32,000 nucleotides of DNA from Sinorhizobium meliloti (lineage in GTDB: Bacteria > Pseudomonadota > Alphaproteobacteria > Rhizobiales > Rhizobiaceae), in NCBI RefSeq assembly GCF_017876815.1, contig NZ_JAGIOS010000001.1, positions 3,870,001 through 3,902,000 on the forward strand. The letters run 5' to 3'. The stretch's first letter is position 1, and every line of letters starts with the position of its first letter. The position numbers and the translations under genes were made by a program. This document shows, one piece after another, positions 30,049-32,000 of this stretch. Under the pieces are notes generated by a model that was given only the letters and a program-made list of their open reading frames with translations, did no database searches and was not told the origin of the DNA.

Positions 30049-31431
30049 TCACCTTCCCATCGCCAGCCGGCGGTCGAGCGCATCGAGCACGCGTCGTGTC
30101 AGAGCGGCGTAGTCGCCATCGAAATGATGGCCTCCCTCGATGGAAACCACGTCGATGCCGGAGGATTTCAGATCCGGGCAGGCATCGTCCTCCTCGTCGG
30201 TGCCGTAGATGCACTGCACGAGCGCCGGCTCGATCGCCTTGATGTCGTCGACCGGGTCGCCGGCATTCCCCTCTCCGTCGGCGCCGAGCCAGCCGAGGAC
30301 GGAGATCTTGTAGTCGGCGCGATGCGACAGCGCCATGAGCGTTACCTGCCGTACGCGCGCGCGGGTCGCTGACGGAAGCAGGTTGTAGGTGCGCGGCAGG
30401 ATGTCGGCGCCGAAGGAATAGCCGATCAACAGTACATTGCGGACGTTCCACCGCCTGCCGTAATAGGTGATGACACGGGCGAGATCGTCCGCCGTCGCCT
30501 GCGGCTGGCGCTCCGACCAGAAATAGCGAAGCGAATCCACCCCGACGACGGGCACGCCCTGCTGCTGCAGGGCATTGCCGACCTCCTTGTCGATGTCGCG
30601 CCAGCCGCCGTCGCCGGAATAGATCACCGCCATGGTATCGCGCGCAGGCTTCGCATCGAGAACGGTCAGGGGGAGTCCGAACGGGTTGTCCCCTTCGTCC
30701 TCCTGCTGGATGTACCCCGCAAGCGTGGAGGAAAGTGCGGCATAGACGTCTTCGTCGCTCTCCTGGACTTCGACGTCCGGATGCTTGGCTGCGAGAGCGG
30801 CAACGCGCTCGCGTCCGGCAGCCGACGCGGACGGCGAAGAGACGACGGTTACCGGGTCGGGCAAGGCGCCATCGGTCAGGCCATAGACCATGCGGTCGCC
30901 TTTCCGTGTCTTTTCGGCAGGAGTGCAGAGCTGCTTCGTCAGGGCGATACCCTCTTCGGGATCGACCGCGAGCGTCCGGCCGATGGTCGCTGCGGGAGAT
31001 TGTGCGGCGATCGCCAGCGCCATGGCCCCGCCGGCCCCGACGCCGGCGACGATAGGCGGCCGATAGGCGCCGCTGCCGGCCGCGCGCTGCACCTGCTGAC
31101 TCAAGGATTCGATGTCCGAGACCGTGTAGACGCAGTCCCCGTCATCCCTGCCGAGGGCTGCCAGATAGGCCTTGAGGTCGATGCCGATGACGAGCGCTTT
31201 CTCGCTCGAAAGCTTTCGGGCAACGGCATCCTCCCTCTCTGTCCAGCCGCCGGCGTCCGAAAGCAGCACCACGGCGCCGGAAGCCGCCTCTTTCGGGAAC
31301 AGGATGTGCGGTGCGGGGATCATGCCGGTGTCGAACTTTGCCGCGTCTTCGGCAAAAGACGGAAGGGATGCAGCGCCGGCAATCAGTGCCGCCAGGGCTG
31401 CACGCTTCAAGATCCTTTTAATGGGGGTCAT
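30049..31431 (-). CDS. acvB: AcvB/VirJ-family protein (lysyl-phosphatidylglycerol hydrolase type)
   Basis: 460 aa from the ATG at 31429-31431. The signal peptide is MTPIKRILKRAALAALIAGAASLPSFA. The VirJ-like region reads AVIYSGDGGWRDIDKEVG...LIGYSFGADILP. The start overlaps the upstream gene's stop (ATGA). The track's 630-aa version is an out-of-frame overlap artefact. Confidence 0.88.
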   Translation of the reverse strand: MTPIKRILKRAALAALIAGAASLPSFAEDAAKFDTGMIPAPHILFPKEAASGAVVLLSDAGGWTEREDAVARKLSSEKALVIGIDLKAYLAALGRDDGDCVYTVSDIESLSQQVQRAAGSGAYRPPIVAGVGAGGAMALAIAAQSPAATIGRTLAVDPEEGIALTKQLCTPAEKTRKGDRMVYGLTDGALPDPVTVVSSPSASAAGRERVAALAAKHPDVEVQESDEDVYAALSSTLAGYIQQEDEGDNPFGLPLTVLDAKPARDTMAVIYSGDGGWRDIDKEVGNALQQQGVPVVGVDSLRYFWSERQPQATADDLARVITYYGRRWNVRNVLLIGYSFGADILPRTYNLLPSATRARVRQVTLMALSHRADYKISVLGWLGADGEGNAGDPVDDIKAIEPALVQCIYGTDEEDDACPDLKSSGIDVVSIEGGHHFDGDYAALTRRVLDALDRRLAMGR

Positions 31432-32000
31432 TTCCTGATCACTCCCTTCAGGCCGCCGCCGATCAGGAATGTCGCATCCATCAGCGCCAGGATCGGGTTG
31501 AAGCCTCCGCTCGCCACCAGGTAGCGCGGCTGCCACTGCGGGTGAAACTTGGACTTGAAGGCGCGCAGTCCCTTGAAGTTGTAGAAGCGCTCGCCGTGCT
31601 CGTAGAATGCCCGGCCGGCGCGGTCCCATACGGGCGCCAGCCGGCGCTCCGACATGCCCGACAGCGGCGCCATTCCGAGATTGAAACGCCGATAGCCCTC
31701 GTTCTTCAGATATTCCATCAGTTGCGCGAACAGGAAATCCATCGCCCCTTTCGGCGCGTCGGGCGAGAAACGCATGAGGTCGACCGAGCCCTCCTCCTTG
31801 GTGCCGGTGATCAGAATATTGGCGAAGGCCACGATGCGACCCTGCCGTTTGAGGATCGCGACAGGCTGCGCCGTCAGGTATCGCGGATCGAAGGCGCCGA
31901 GGGAAAAGCCCTTCTCCCGCGCATTGTGGTGGGCGAGCCAAGCATCGGAAACGGCCCCGAGCTCCGGAAGGATCGCCGGTATTTCCGGGGGCGCGACGAC
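31428..32000 (-). CDS. lpiA: Lysyl-phosphatidylglycerol synthase (MprF/LpiA family), C-terminal 190 codons only; the N-terminus lies beyond the window end
   Basis: The frame is open from 32000. My translation reads VVAPPEIPAILPELGAVSDAWLAHHNAREKGFSLGAFDPRYL...RIVAFANILITGTKEEGSVDLMRFSPDAPKGAMDFLF...FYNFKGLRAFKSKFHPQWQPRYL. This matches the aminoacyl-PG synthase (DUF2156) domain. Confidence 0.88.
   Translation of the reverse strand, partial: VVAPPEIPAILPELGAVSDAWLAHHNAREKGFSLGAFDPRYLTAQPVAILKRQGRIVAFANILITGTKEEGSVDLMRFSPDAPKGAMDFLFAQLMEYLKNEGYRRFNLGMAPLSGMSERRLAPVWDRAGRAFYEHGERFYNFKGLRAFKSKFHPQWQPRYLVASGGFNPILALMDATFLIGGGLKGVIRK

Noticed and set aside
30049-31941. 630-aa reading of the acvB ORF
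   Set aside because: The N-terminal ~170 codons overlap the lpiA 3' end out of frame and look non-protein-like. A signal peptide begins exactly at the ATG at 31431, which overlaps the lpiA stop.

Overview
This window is high-GC (by eye about 60-63%), densely coded, and looks like core chromosome of a Rhizobiaceae bacterium. Gene content and order resemble what I recall of the Sinorhizobium/Ensifer meliloti chromosome, but I cannot confirm that without a database search. I support 29 protein-coding genes. They are a partial L,D-transpeptidase with its MarR regulator (ldtP/ldtR-like), a membrane protein, hemB, an RDD protein, bpt, a DMT transporter, an ArsR regulator, parC, an unknown exported protein, a small acidic ORF and a groES-less groEL. 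They continue with a rhodanese, aspS, an MFS transporter, a Tat-exported multicopper oxidase, rnd, a membrane class III nucleotide cyclase and a secreted phytase-like protein. The last block is a co-directional AI-2E permease-hdaA-ppk-ppx run divergent from purM-purN, and acvB with the 3' end of lpiA/mprF. I found no rRNA, tRNA, CRISPR array, transposase, integrase, phage gene or recognisable defence gene, and no compositional island. The non-coding content is mainly REP/RIME-like palindromic repeats in intergenic gaps, including an exact 42-nt copy in opposite orientation 6.8 kb apart, plus three intrinsic terminators (two clear, one moderate). The many long antisense ORFs in the track are typical high-GC artefacts. 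I do not see a convincing previously undescribed system. The most checkable leads are the small acidic ORF in the groES position upstream of the orphan groEL, the hdaA-ppk-ppx linkage, the long palindrome-rich leader of the L,D-transpeptidase gene, and the unknown exported protein.
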